In this document: positions 16,526 to 25,029 of the stretch, piece by piece
Layout: the number at the start of each line of letters is the position of its first letter
How positions within the stretch are numbered: position 1 is the stretch's first letter
Assembly: GCA_050175015.1 (NCBI GenBank)
Contig: JBFXJJ010000018.1
Span: 1-43,748 of the forward strand
Direction: 5' to 3'
Origin: Alphaproteobacteria bacterium
Lineage (GTDB): Bacteria > Pseudomonadota > Alphaproteobacteria > JBFXJJ01
DNA: 43,748 nucleotides
The notes under the pieces: model-generated
The model's input: only the letters and a program-made list of their open reading frames with translations
Told to the model about the DNA's origin: nothing
Databases searched by the model: none
Position numbers and translations under genes: made by a program

Positions 16526-17748
16526 CAAACTCTGACTTAGATCCTTATAAAATTAAAAAAGATTTTCCTGTTTTTGAGCAAGAAAACGGCAAAAAACCAT
16601 TGATATTTCTTGATTCTGCGGCATCTGCTCAAAAGCCAAAAGTTGTTATTGAGCGGTTAAAAAGTTTTTATGAGACAGAATATGCCAATGTTCACCGAGG
16701 GATTTACCAGCTTTCTGATAAAGCCACAACCGAATATGAGAAAGCGAGAACAACTGTTGCCTCATTTCTAGGAGCAGAAAGTTCTAAAGAGATTATATTT
16801 ACACGAAATGCGACTGAGGCAATTAACCTCGTTGCCGCAACTTATGGCAGAAAATTTTTAAATGAGGGTGATGAAATTATAGTTTCTGAAGCCGAACATC
16901 ACGCTAATCTTGTTCCATGGCAGCAGTTAAGAGATGAAAAAAAACTTAAATTAACGGTTTTACCGATTGCTGATGATGGCAGTTATATTGATGGTTCTTT
17001 AGAAAAAATAATTTCTAACAAGACTAAACTTGTTGCCATAACCCAGATGTCTAATGTCCTTGGTTCTATTTTTCCTGTTAAAAAAATAGCAGAAACAGCT
17101 CACAGCTTTGGAGCTAAAATCCTAATAGATGGGTGCCAAGCTGCGGTTCACCTGCCGATTGATGTGAGAGATCTAAACTGCGATTTTTATGTTTTTTCAG
17201 GGCATAAAACGTACGGACCTTCGGGCATAGGGGTGCTTTACGGGAAATATAATATTTTGGAAGAAATGCCGCCTTATCAATACGGTGGAGATATGGTCGC
17301 ATCAGTTTCTTATGAAACCGCATCTTTTCATAATGCTCCAGCAAGATTTGAAGCGGGAACGCCAGCAATAGCTCAGGCGGTTGGTTTGGGCGCAGCATTA
17401 GAATATATGGAAAAATTAGACCGCAGTAAAATTGCGACATACGAAACCGATTTAGTGCAATATGCTATGGCAAAACTCCAAACGATTAAAGAGTTTATAC
17501 CAATCGGTACGGCTAAAAATAAGAGCGGAGTAGTAACCTTTGTCATTGATAAAATTCATTCCAATGATATTGCAACTTTACTTGACCAAATGGGAATAGC
17601 TGTTCGAACAGGGCATCACTGTGCTGAACCCCTTATCAGAAGAATGGGACATAATTCTACTATAAGGGCATCTTTTGCAGTTTATAATACTAGAGAAGAT
17701 GTTGATGCCCTTTATAATGGACTTGTTAAAGCGATAAGCTTTTTTTAA
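16522..17748 (+). CDS. sufS: Cysteine desulfurase SufS
   Basis: LDSAASAQKP, ANVHRG, EHHANLVPWQ, FSGHK (PLP lysine), FEAGTP and RTGHHCA motifs. Confidence 0.97.
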   Translation: MTNSDLDPYKIKKDFPVFEQENGKKPLIFLDSAASAQKPKVVIERLKSFYETEYANVHRGIYQLSDKATTEYEKARTTVASFLGAESSKEIIFTRNATEAINLVAATYGRKFLNEGDEIIVSEAEHHANLVPWQQLRDEKKLKLTVLPIADDGSYIDGSLEKIISNKTKLVAITQMSNVLGSIFPVKKIAETAHSFGAKILIDGCQAAVHLPIDVRDLNCDFYVFSGHKTYGPSGIGVLYGKYNILEEMPPYQYGGDMVASVSYETASFHNAPARFEAGTPAIAQAVGLGAALEYMEKLDRSKIATYETDLVQYAMAKLQTIKEFIPIGTAKNKSGVVTFVIDKIHSNDIATLLDQMGIAVRTGHHCAEPLIRRMGHNSTIRASFAVYNTREDVDALYNGLVKAISFF

Positions 17749-17761
17749 TAAAGGAAGACAA

Positions 17762-18127
17762 ATGTCAGAAACAGATAAAGAATATCAATATACTGCGGGA
17801 AAACCTTTGGAAGATAAGAGCAAGATTGCATCGGAAGAAGAGGTTATAGAAGCAATTAAGTTGGTAGAAGATCCTGAGTTATTACTTAATGTATATGATA
17901 TGGGATTAATTTATAGCCTTGATATTGATAACAACGGCGATGTAAAGATAGATATGACTTTGACGGCTCCAAATTGCCCCGTTGCTGAAGATTTACCAAT
18001 AAGGGTTGTTGAATCTGTTGCCTCTCTTCCTTCTATAGGAATTGCTATGCTGCGATTAGTATGGGAGCCAGAGTGGACGCCGGAGAGGCTTTCAGAAGAA
18101 GCTCGTATGATGATAGAAATTTTTTAA
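17762..18127 (+). CDS. sufT: SufT/DUF59 Fe-S cluster assembly protein
   Basis: DPEL..NVYDMGLIY, MTLTAPNCPVA and LVWEPEWT motifs. Confidence 0.9.
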   Translation: MSETDKEYQYTAGKPLEDKSKIASEEEVIEAIKLVEDPELLLNVYDMGLIYSLDIDNNGDVKIDMTLTAPNCPVAEDLPIRVVESVASLPSIGIAMLRLVWEPEWTPERLSEEARMMIEIF

Positions 18128-18142
18128 GGTGAAGTGTTTTCG

Positions 18143-18559
18143 ATGGATATTGAAGAATTAAAAGAAAATTTTGAATTTCTTGATGATTGGGAAGACAGGT
18201 ATCGTTATCTTCTAGACCTAGGAGCAAAGCTTCCGCCAATGGCAGAAGAAGAAAAAAATGAAACCAACAAAGTTAATGGCTGTACTAGTCAGGTATGGAT
18301 TAAAAGCAGCGTTAAGGAAGACGAAAAAAATCAGAAAACAATAGATTTTGTTGCTGACAGTGATGCTCATATTGTCAGAGGACTGATTGCTATTGTGAGA
18401 GTTCTTTTTATTGGCAAAACTTTTGAAGAAATAAAAACAATCGACGAAGAACAATTTTTTACTGATTTAGGACTTCACAACCATTTATCACCAAGCCGTC
18501 GTAATGGGCTTGCTGCTATGGTGGAAAAAATTAAATCTGATGCCGCAAATATGATTTAA
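18143..18559 (+). CDS. sufE: Sulfur acceptor SufE
   Basis: DWEDRYRYLLDLG, VNGCTSQVW, DSDAHIVRGL and LSPSRRNGL motifs. ATG 18143 preferred over GTG 18134 given the AAGGTGA RBS spacing. Confidence 0.93.
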   Translation: MDIEELKENFEFLDDWEDRYRYLLDLGAKLPPMAEEEKNETNKVNGCTSQVWIKSSVKEDEKNQKTIDFVADSDAHIVRGLIAIVRVLFIGKTFEEIKTIDEEQFFTDLGLHNHLSPSRRNGLAAMVEKIKSDAANMI

Positions 18560-18584
18560 GCCATATAGCTAAACTTAAATAATC

Positions 18585-19067
18585 TTAGTTATCTAATTTT
18601 AATAAAGAATCGATATCAAGTACAATCATTAGCTCTTTTTCTAATCTGATAACACCAGCAGAAATACTGCGCCATTTATGGTTTAGAGTTGAAGGATTCG
18701 GCTCAATCTTATCAGGGTTAAGAGAAATCACAGTACCAACATCATCAACCATAAGGCTATATAATTCATTGCCTAATTCGACGGTTGTACACATTCTGTT
18801 GGATTCATTAGAATCAGCAAGACCTAAGCGTTTTCTCACATCGATTACGGTAACAATCCTGCCTCTAAGATTGATAGCGCCCGCTACTTCCTTCGGTGCG
18901 AGAGGTATATTTGCAATTCTTTCAGGAATAAGAATATCCTGAACTTTTTCTACTGGAATGCCAAAGAGTTGTTTTTCAACATAAACAGTTACAAAAACCT
19001 GCTCTACAACAAGATGTTTTGGTAAAGCCGGCCTTTTAGAAGTTGTAGTTGCAAGTTCATTGCCCAT
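18585..19067 (-). CDS. cheW: Chemotaxis coupling protein CheW (orphan)
   Basis: FGIPVEKVQDI, IPLAP..VAGAINLRGRIVTVID and LMVDDVG motifs. Confidence 0.93.
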   Translation of the reverse strand: MGNELATTTSKRPALPKHLVVEQVFVTVYVEKQLFGIPVEKVQDILIPERIANIPLAPKEVAGAINLRGRIVTVIDVRKRLGLADSNESNRMCTTVELGNELYSLMVDDVGTVISLNPDKIEPNPSTLNHKWRSISAGVIRLEKELMIVLDIDSLLKLDN

Positions 19068-19233
19068 GAGTTTAGTCCTTAAAGCGTTTTTAAAAATATA
19101 ATTTAAACTGGATTATTGTAAAAAAAAATAAAAAAATCAAATTCTTTTGAAAGAGTTGCAAATTATCTTTAACGCTATAAACTAAAGACGACTTAAAAGA
19201 TATAAGAAAACTTAACAGACTAAGGAAAATTTT

Positions 19234-20433
19234 ATGAATATTCATGAATATCAAGCTAAAAAGCTGTTGTCAGGTTATGGCGTCGATGTTCTTAAAGGCG
19301 GCGTAGCTTATAATGCTGAAGAAGCAGTTCGTGTTGCTCAAGAAATTGAAGGCAATATTTGGGTGGTTAAAGCTCAAATTCACGCAGGAGGAAGAGGTAA
19401 AGGCAAGTTTATTGAAGAAAAAGCTGGTACAGGCGGCGGGGTTCGTTTGGCTAAAGCAATAGAAGATGTCTCAAATAATACTAAGCAAATGCTTGGTTCT
19501 ACATTGGTAACGCATCAAAGTGGGGCAGAAGGGCGCAGAGTTAAAAGAGTTTATATTGAAGAAGGCTGTGCTATTAAAAAAGAGCTTTATTTGGGAATGC
19601 TTGTTGACCGCAAATCATCTTGTATAACCGTTGTGGCATCTACTGAAGGCGGTGTCGAAATAGAAAAGGTTGCGGCTGAAACCCCCGAAAAAATCATCAG
19701 ACAAGAAATTGATGCTGTTGTTGGAATGAGTTCTTTTTATGCTCGAAAAATAGCTTTTGGTTTGGGGTTGAAGGGTAAGCAGGTTAATTATGCCGTCAAA
19801 TTCTTAACTTCAATGTATAAGGCTTTTATTGAGCTTGATGCTTCTATGATAGAAATTAACCCTTTAGTTGTTACCGAAGATGATAGGCTTATCGCTCTTG
19901 ATGCTAAAATGAATTTTGATGATAACTCACTTTTCCGTCAGAAAGAAATTGAAGAGTTAAGAGATGAAGACGAAGAAGATAAAAGAGAAATAGAAGCCTC
20001 TAAATACGGTTTAAGTTATGTCAGCTTATTCGGTAATATTGGCTGTATGGTTAATGGTGCTGGTTTGGCTATGGCAACTATGGATATTATTAAATATTAT
20101 GGTGGCGATCCCGCAAATTTCCTTGATGTTGGTGGCGGAGCAACCAAAGAAAAGGTTTGTGAAGCATTCAAAATTATCTTATCAGACCCAAAGGTTGAAG
20201 CTATCTTAGTTAATATTTTTGGTGGAATTATGCGCTGCAATATTATTGCAGAAGGGGTTGTCGCCGCAGCTAAAGAAATCGAATTAAAAGTTCCATTGGT
20301 AGTTAGATTAGAAGGTACTAATGTCAATTTAGGTAAACAGATTTTAAGTGAATCTGGCCTGCCTATTATTACAGCTGACAATCTTGAAGATGCAGCTAAA
20401 AAGGCCGTTCAAGCTGTTAAGGAGAAAGCATAA
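19234..20433 (+). CDS. sucC: Succinyl-CoA synthetase beta subunit
   Basis: [51 protein letters not shown] and NIFGGIMRC motifs. Confidence 0.98.
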   Translation: MNIHEYQAKKLLSGYGVDVLKGGVAYNAEEAVRVAQEIEGNIWVVKAQIHAGGRGKGKFIEEKAGTGGGVRLAKAIEDVSNNTKQMLGSTLVTHQSGAEGRRVKRVYIEEGCAIKKELYLGMLVDRKSSCITVVASTEGGVEIEKVAAETPEKIIRQEIDAVVGMSSFYARKIAFGLGLKGKQVNYAVKFLTSMYKAFIELDASMIEINPLVVTEDDRLIALDAKMNFDDNSLFRQKEIEELRDEDEEDKREIEASKYGLSYVSLFGNIGCMVNGAGLAMATMDIIKYYGGDPANFLDVGGGATKEKVCEAFKIILSDPKVEAILVNIFGGIMRCNIIAEGVVAAAKEIELKVPLVVRLEGTNVNLGKQILSESGLPIITADNLEDAAKKAVQAVKEKA

Positions 20434-21308
20434 TGTCAGTACTTGTTAACCAAAAAACTAGAGTTATATGCCAAGGATTTACAGGGGCTCAAGGTACATT
20501 CCATAGTGAACAGGCAATAGCTTATGGAACTAAAATGGTAGGAGGAGTTACTCCTAATAAAGGTGGGGAAACACATTTGGGACTTCCTGTTTTTAATACG
20601 GTTTTAGAAGCTAAAGAAAAAACTAATGCTAATGCTTCTGTTATTTATGTTCCCCCTCCATTTGCAGCCGATGCAATTTTGGAAGCGATTGATGCTGAGA
20701 TTGAGTTAGCTGTCTGTATTACGGAGGGTATTCCTGTTATAGATATGATTAGGGTGAAAAAAGCGTTAAAGAATTCTAAAACAAGGCTTGTTGGTCCGAA
20801 CTGCCCTGGAGTTATTACTCCTGGAGAATGTAAAATAGGGATTATGCCTGGTCATATTCATAAAAGAGGTGCTATAGGTATTGTTTCTCGTTCAGGAACG
20901 TTAACTTATGAGGCCGTTGCTCAAACTACAGCTGTAGGATTTGGTCAATCAACTTGTATTGGTATTGGAGGAGATCCAATTAATGGTACCAATTTCCTTG
21001 ATTGCTTAGAAATGTTTATGGCAGATGATGAAACTAAAGCAATTATTATGATTGGTGAAATTGGCGGCAGCGCTGAAGAGGAGGCTGCGGAATATTATAA
21101 GTCGCTAAAGAATAAAAAACCGATTGTGGCATTTATTGCAGGGGCTTCTGCTCCTAAGGGTCGCCGTATGGGACACGCTGGAGCTATAGTTTCTGGCGGC
21201 AAAGGTACTGCTGAAGATAAAAAAGAAGCTCTTCTTTCTGCTGGCATTGTTGTTTCAGAATCTCCTGCGGCAATCGGCACAACCATGGCGGAAGTATTAA
21301 ATAAATAA
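20433..21308 (+). CDS. sucD: Succinyl-CoA synthetase alpha subunit
   Basis: [32 protein letters not shown] and MGHAGA (phospho-His) motifs. Confidence 0.98.
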   Translation: MSVLVNQKTRVICQGFTGAQGTFHSEQAIAYGTKMVGGVTPNKGGETHLGLPVFNTVLEAKEKTNANASVIYVPPPFAADAILEAIDAEIELAVCITEGIPVIDMIRVKKALKNSKTRLVGPNCPGVITPGECKIGIMPGHIHKRGAIGIVSRSGTLTYEAVAQTTAVGFGQSTCIGIGGDPINGTNFLDCLEMFMADDETKAIIMIGEIGGSAEEEAAEYYKSLKNKKPIVAFIAGASAPKGRRMGHAGAIVSGGKGTAEDKKEALLSAGIVVSESPAAIGTTMAEVLNK

Positions 21309-21328
21309 AATTTTTTAATCGGTATAAT

Positions 21329-21369
21329 AAAAAAGCCTTTAGTTTTTTTGAGAAACTAAGGGCTTTTTT
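21329..21369. terminator. Bidirectional rho-independent terminator
   Basis: AAAAAAGCCTTTAGTTT...AAACTAAGGGCTTTTTT inverted repeat with A and T tracts, between convergent genes. Confidence 0.8.
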
Positions 21370-21464
21370 GTGGGATTTATAATTATGTGTTATTCAAAAG
21401 GTAATGCTTTAATTTGCTAAGCAACCTTTTTCTTTTCATAAAATATTTAATTACTATTAAGGTT

Positions 21465-22370
21465 CTAATAGCGTCCTAAAACAATATTTCCTCTTGCCAG
21501 CACTTCTGTTCTTTGTCCTTCAAATTCACCACTGCGGTGGACAGCTACAACGTCTGCCACGTAGAGATGATTGTTACCGCTGGAGCAAGGAGGAAGATAC
21601 GCTGTCCCTCTCGCACTGCGTCCTCTATGTAATTGTTCAATAAAGGCATAAGGAGGAAGTTCAGTAGTTTCTCCTTGAACAGGAAGTAACCAAGCGGTTG
21701 TTGAACCATTATGATAATAACCTATTTTGCCGTTACCACCACCGTGACTGAGATAAATATTGTCAAGGTCGTTAAATTCAACAATGATAGCATTGGTTCC
21801 TTGAGGAATTTTGTTAATTACTAGTGGAGGAGTTGCACCATTGCCGCCGTCTCTTTGGCATACCTGAGCTCCAGGAATTTTGGTGCCGTTCCAAGGACTT
21901 GGACGAGCAAATTTGACATCTAAACGGCCGCCGCAGGTTATAACAGTTTCGGTTGGAAGATGACGACCTAAGTAAGCGCTGGTTAAACCACCACCCATTA
22001 ATGCCCCAGCAGCAAACCCAGTACTGCTCAATGCTGCGCCAATGCCGCCGCCTAAAGCAGCGCCGCCAATAACGCCCATAATAATCTTTTTGGCAGCAAT
22101 TTTGGTTTGCGGGGTTGGAATACAGGTTCCGTCCATTTGCTTCTTATAGCAAGCAGGGATAGCTTCTTGACGATGACGAAAAGCTTGATAAGCTCCGCCT
22201 GCGACATAGCCGATTAATGCGCCAGCTGGAAGATTAAGTCCGCTAGATAAAGATGCTGCAATACCGCCGCCAACAGCCCCTCCAATACCTCCGAACATAA
22301 ATTCTTCTTTTTTGGTATAGGAACAGCTTATAAAGCTTAATGATATAATAATAACTAATAATTTTTTCAT
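21465..22370 (-). CDS. Lipoprotein with two glycine-zipper segments and a C-terminal YbhB/YbcL (PEBP)-like domain
   Basis: Signal peptide ending SFIS-C16; two GxxxG-rich hydrophobic hairpins; C-terminal TPPL.I.KIP.GT.AIIVEFNDLD and YLPPCS.G.NHLY...V.AV. Confidence 0.65.
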   Translation of the reverse strand: MKKLLVIIISLSFISCSYTKKEEFMFGGIGGAVGGGIAASLSSGLNLPAGALIGYVAGGAYQAFRHRQEAIPACYKKQMDGTCIPTPQTKIAAKKIIMGVIGGAALGGGIGAALSSTGFAAGALMGGGLTSAYLGRHLPTETVITCGGRLDVKFARPSPWNGTKIPGAQVCQRDGGNGATPPLVINKIPQGTNAIIVEFNDLDNIYLSHGGGNGKIGYYHNGSTTAWLLPVQGETTELPPYAFIEQLHRGRSARGTAYLPPCSSGNNHLYVADVVAVHRSGEFEGQRTEVLARGNIVLGRY

Positions 22371-22451
22371 TTTGTTCTAAGCCCTTTTTGGTTAAAATAA
22401 CAAAAAAAAATTAGCAAACAGTTAATGAAAAGATTAAAGAGGTAAATTTTT

Positions 22452-23195
22452 TTGAGCTTTTGGATTTTTATTAAAAATTTTTCTCAAGTATTTTTTGATG
22501 CTGTTTTGCCGCATCGCTGTTTGGCTTGTGGTGAAATCGTCAGCAGTGGAGGCTTTGTCTGTCAAAATTGCTTTGATAAAATTAATTTTATTTCTAGTGC
22601 TTGCTGTCAAATTTGCGGAACACCATTTGATTATACTGAAGATGCTAATTTAACATGCCCGCGGTGTTTGCAGCATAAACCTGAATTTGATGCGGCTAAA
22701 GCAGTGTTTTTATATGATGGTGTAGGGCGAGATTTAATTAGAGCGTTTAAATATTCTGATCGAACAGAGGCGTGCAATTATTTTGCAAAATTAATGGTTA
22801 ATGCGGGCAGAAAATTTTTTGCAGAGGAAGAATTTAAGCCTGATTATATTGTTCCAGTTCCGATTCATTACAAAAGGCTTTTAGCAAGAAAATATAACCA
22901 ATCGGCATTGCTAGCCAGAGCAATAGCTCTGAATACAGGACAAAAAGTTTGTTATGATGCGTTAATAAGAACAAGAAATACTAAGCCGCAAGCCAATTTT
23001 TTTCAGAAAGAAAGGTTCAAAAATGTTAAAGGGGTTTTTAACGTTAACAAGCTTGAGATTGTAAAAGATAAAAAAATCCTGTTAATAGATGATGTTTTGA
23101 CAACAGGGGCTACGGTTTCAGAATGTGCTAAAGCTATGAAAGAACAAGGGGCTTCAAAAGTTTATGTTTTAGCTTTAGCTAGAACCAAAATTTAA
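22452..23195 (+). CDS. comF: ComF family protein (double zinc ribbon plus phosphoribosyltransferase domain)
   Basis: Four CxxC pairs, VPVPIH..RL..RKYNQS and LLIDDVLTTGAT; TTG start. Confidence 0.92.
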   Translation: MSFWIFIKNFSQVFFDAVLPHRCLACGEIVSSGGFVCQNCFDKINFISSACCQICGTPFDYTEDANLTCPRCLQHKPEFDAAKAVFLYDGVGRDLIRAFKYSDRTEACNYFAKLMVNAGRKFFAEEEFKPDYIVPVPIHYKRLLARKYNQSALLARAIALNTGQKVCYDALIRTRNTKPQANFFQKERFKNVKGVFNVNKLEIVKDKKILLIDDVLTTGATVSECAKAMKEQGASKVYVLALARTKI

Positions 23196-23207
23196 GTCGA
23201 GGAAGAA

Positions 23208-23645
23208 ATGATCCATTTTAATTTAAAATGTGCTTGTGGAAATAAGTTTGATGCTTGGTTTAAAAGCGGGGAAGATTATGACAATCAGTGCCAGAAAAGG
23301 CTGCTTAACTGCCCGTTATGCGGTGGTTGTGACATTGAAAAAGCTCCAATGTCTCCCAATTTAGGCAAAAAGTCGTTTAAAGAGGTTGCTAATTCTGAAA
23401 CAAATAACGCAGCTAAAAATAATGACAACCCGTTAGCAGAAATGGTTTCCAAAGTTAAAGAGAGTATTAAGAAAAACTGCGAATATGTTGGTTCAGAATT
23501 CCCCGCAGAGGCTCGTAAAATGTACTATGGAGAAAAGCAGGCAAAGGGAATTTACGGTGAAACTAGCACTGAAGAAGCTAAGAAATTAAAAGAAGAAGGA
23601 ATAGATGTTATAAGTCTTCCTTTTCCGATTAAAACTGATTCTTAA
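23208..23645 (+). CDS. DUF1178 family protein
   Basis: MIHFNLKC...FDAWF.S..DYDNQ, CPLCG, KAPMSP, YVG.EF..EARKM.YGE and IYGE motifs. Confidence 0.88.
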   Translation: MIHFNLKCACGNKFDAWFKSGEDYDNQCQKRLLNCPLCGGCDIEKAPMSPNLGKKSFKEVANSETNNAAKNNDNPLAEMVSKVKESIKKNCEYVGSEFPAEARKMYYGEKQAKGIYGETSTEEAKKLKEEGIDVISLPFPIKTDS

Positions 23646-23684
23646 AGAAAAACAGACAGATTCGATTTTGAGGATAAAAAATAT

Positions 23685-24554
23685 ATGAGACCGTTATCAG
23701 CTAATTTTTGTGGTGTATTAACCATTATTATGTGGTCGGTTTCTGCGCTACTTATTTCTTATACAGGTAAAGTTCCAGCTTTTTTATTAGCATCAATGGT
23801 TTTTGGCATATGTTCAGCCATATATTTAGTAAAATGGGCAATTAATAAAGAAAAATTCTGGCATTATTTTTATATGAGTAAGAAAGCTTATATAACAGTT
23901 GTTTGCGGTGTTGGAGGGTATATTTCTTTTTATTATATGGCGTTTAAAATGGCTCCTGCAATGGAGGTTAATTTATTGAACTATCTTTGGCCGATACTTA
24001 TGGTTATTACGTCAGCTGTGATTTTAAAAAACAAACTTTTAGGGTATCAGTTTTTAGGTATAATTTTAGGTTTTATTGGTGTTTTTTTAATTTTTGCAAA
24101 AGAGCAGAAGTTAGCATTAAATCTAGATTATCTTTTAGGTTATATTTTCGCAGTTGCTGGCGCTTTAATCTGGTCAATATATTCTGTTGTAACTCGTAAA
24201 ATAATTTTTACGCCTAATAATATGGCAGTATTTAATATTATTTTTAGCATCTTGTTTTTCGTAATGCATAAGATTTTTGAAAACACAGTTTATCCTAACG
24301 GAAGTGAATGGTGCGGAGTTATTTTGTTAGGATTTACAACCACATCATATATGCTGTGGGATTACGCTATGAAAAAAGGAGATGTGGAATTTTTAGTGTC
24401 ATTATCTTACTTTATTCCTTTGTTTTCTACACTGTTACTGGGTGTTTTTTATAGCCGTGATTTAAGCGTAAATATTTTTTGGTCAGCCGTTTTTATATTA
24501 AGCGGTTGTTTAATAGTTAATTACAAAAAAATAATGAAATTTTTTAAAATTTAA
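23685..24554 (+). CDS. EamA/DMT family transporter (YddG-like)
   Basis: About 10 hydrophobic segments; APAMEVNLLNYLWP, GALIWSIYS, LWDYAMKKGD and LSYFIPLFST motifs. Confidence 0.88.
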   Translation: MRPLSANFCGVLTIIMWSVSALLISYTGKVPAFLLASMVFGICSAIYLVKWAINKEKFWHYFYMSKKAYITVVCGVGGYISFYYMAFKMAPAMEVNLLNYLWPILMVITSAVILKNKLLGYQFLGIILGFIGVFLIFAKEQKLALNLDYLLGYIFAVAGALIWSIYSVVTRKIIFTPNNMAVFNIIFSILFFVMHKIFENTVYPNGSEWCGVILLGFTTTSYMLWDYAMKKGDVEFLVSLSYFIPLFSTLLLGVFYSRDLSVNIFWSAVFILSGCLIVNYKKIMKFFKI

Positions 24555-24916
24555 ACTCTGCCGTAGCTGTCTTCAAAGCGGATAATATCGTTTTCGTCCA
24601 GATTATTACCTGTTTGAATTTCTATAAAAACCATAACCTCGTTATAAGGATTTTCAATACGATGTTTTTGTTTCATAGGAATAAAAGTTGATTTTCCTGA
24701 TTCTAGTTCAAAAATATCTTCACCATTGGTAACTTTTGCGGTTCCATTAACTATTATCCAATGTTCACTACGATAATTGTGCATTTGTAAAGATAGAATA
24801 TGCTTAGGATTTACCGTAATTCTTTTAACGCAGAAACCTTCTCCTGCGTCGATAACTTCCCATCTGCCCCAAGGTCTATTATCATTATCACCTTTTTTAT
24901 AAACATTTTTTGCCAT
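24551..24916 (-). CDS. Stand-alone cupin, mannose-6-phosphate isomerase type II C-terminal domain
   Basis: RPWG, VKRITVNP...LSLQMH.YRSEHW, HRIENP, IEIQTG..L.ENDIIRFED.YGR motifs. Confidence 0.9.
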   Translation of the reverse strand: MAKNVYKKGDNDNRPWGRWEVIDAGEGFCVKRITVNPKHILSLQMHNYRSEHWIIVNGTAKVTNGEDIFELESGKSTFIPMKQKHRIENPYNEVMVFIEIQTGNNLDENDIIRFEDSYGRV

Positions 24917-25029
24917 AAAATCCCCCCTTATAACGAGATAAAACTTGCCTTTTTTATAAAATTAATATTATTTATAAACTCTTTTTGTTTTTTTAGAAAA
25001 CTTTTTTTAATGACTTTAGGGATACATTA

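Noticed and set aside
24551-24554. 4-nt overlaps of convergent stop codons (DMT/cupin TTAA; also clpB/M23 CTAG at 36302-36305)
   Set aside because: Common in compact genomes; no sign of a regulatory role from sequence alone.
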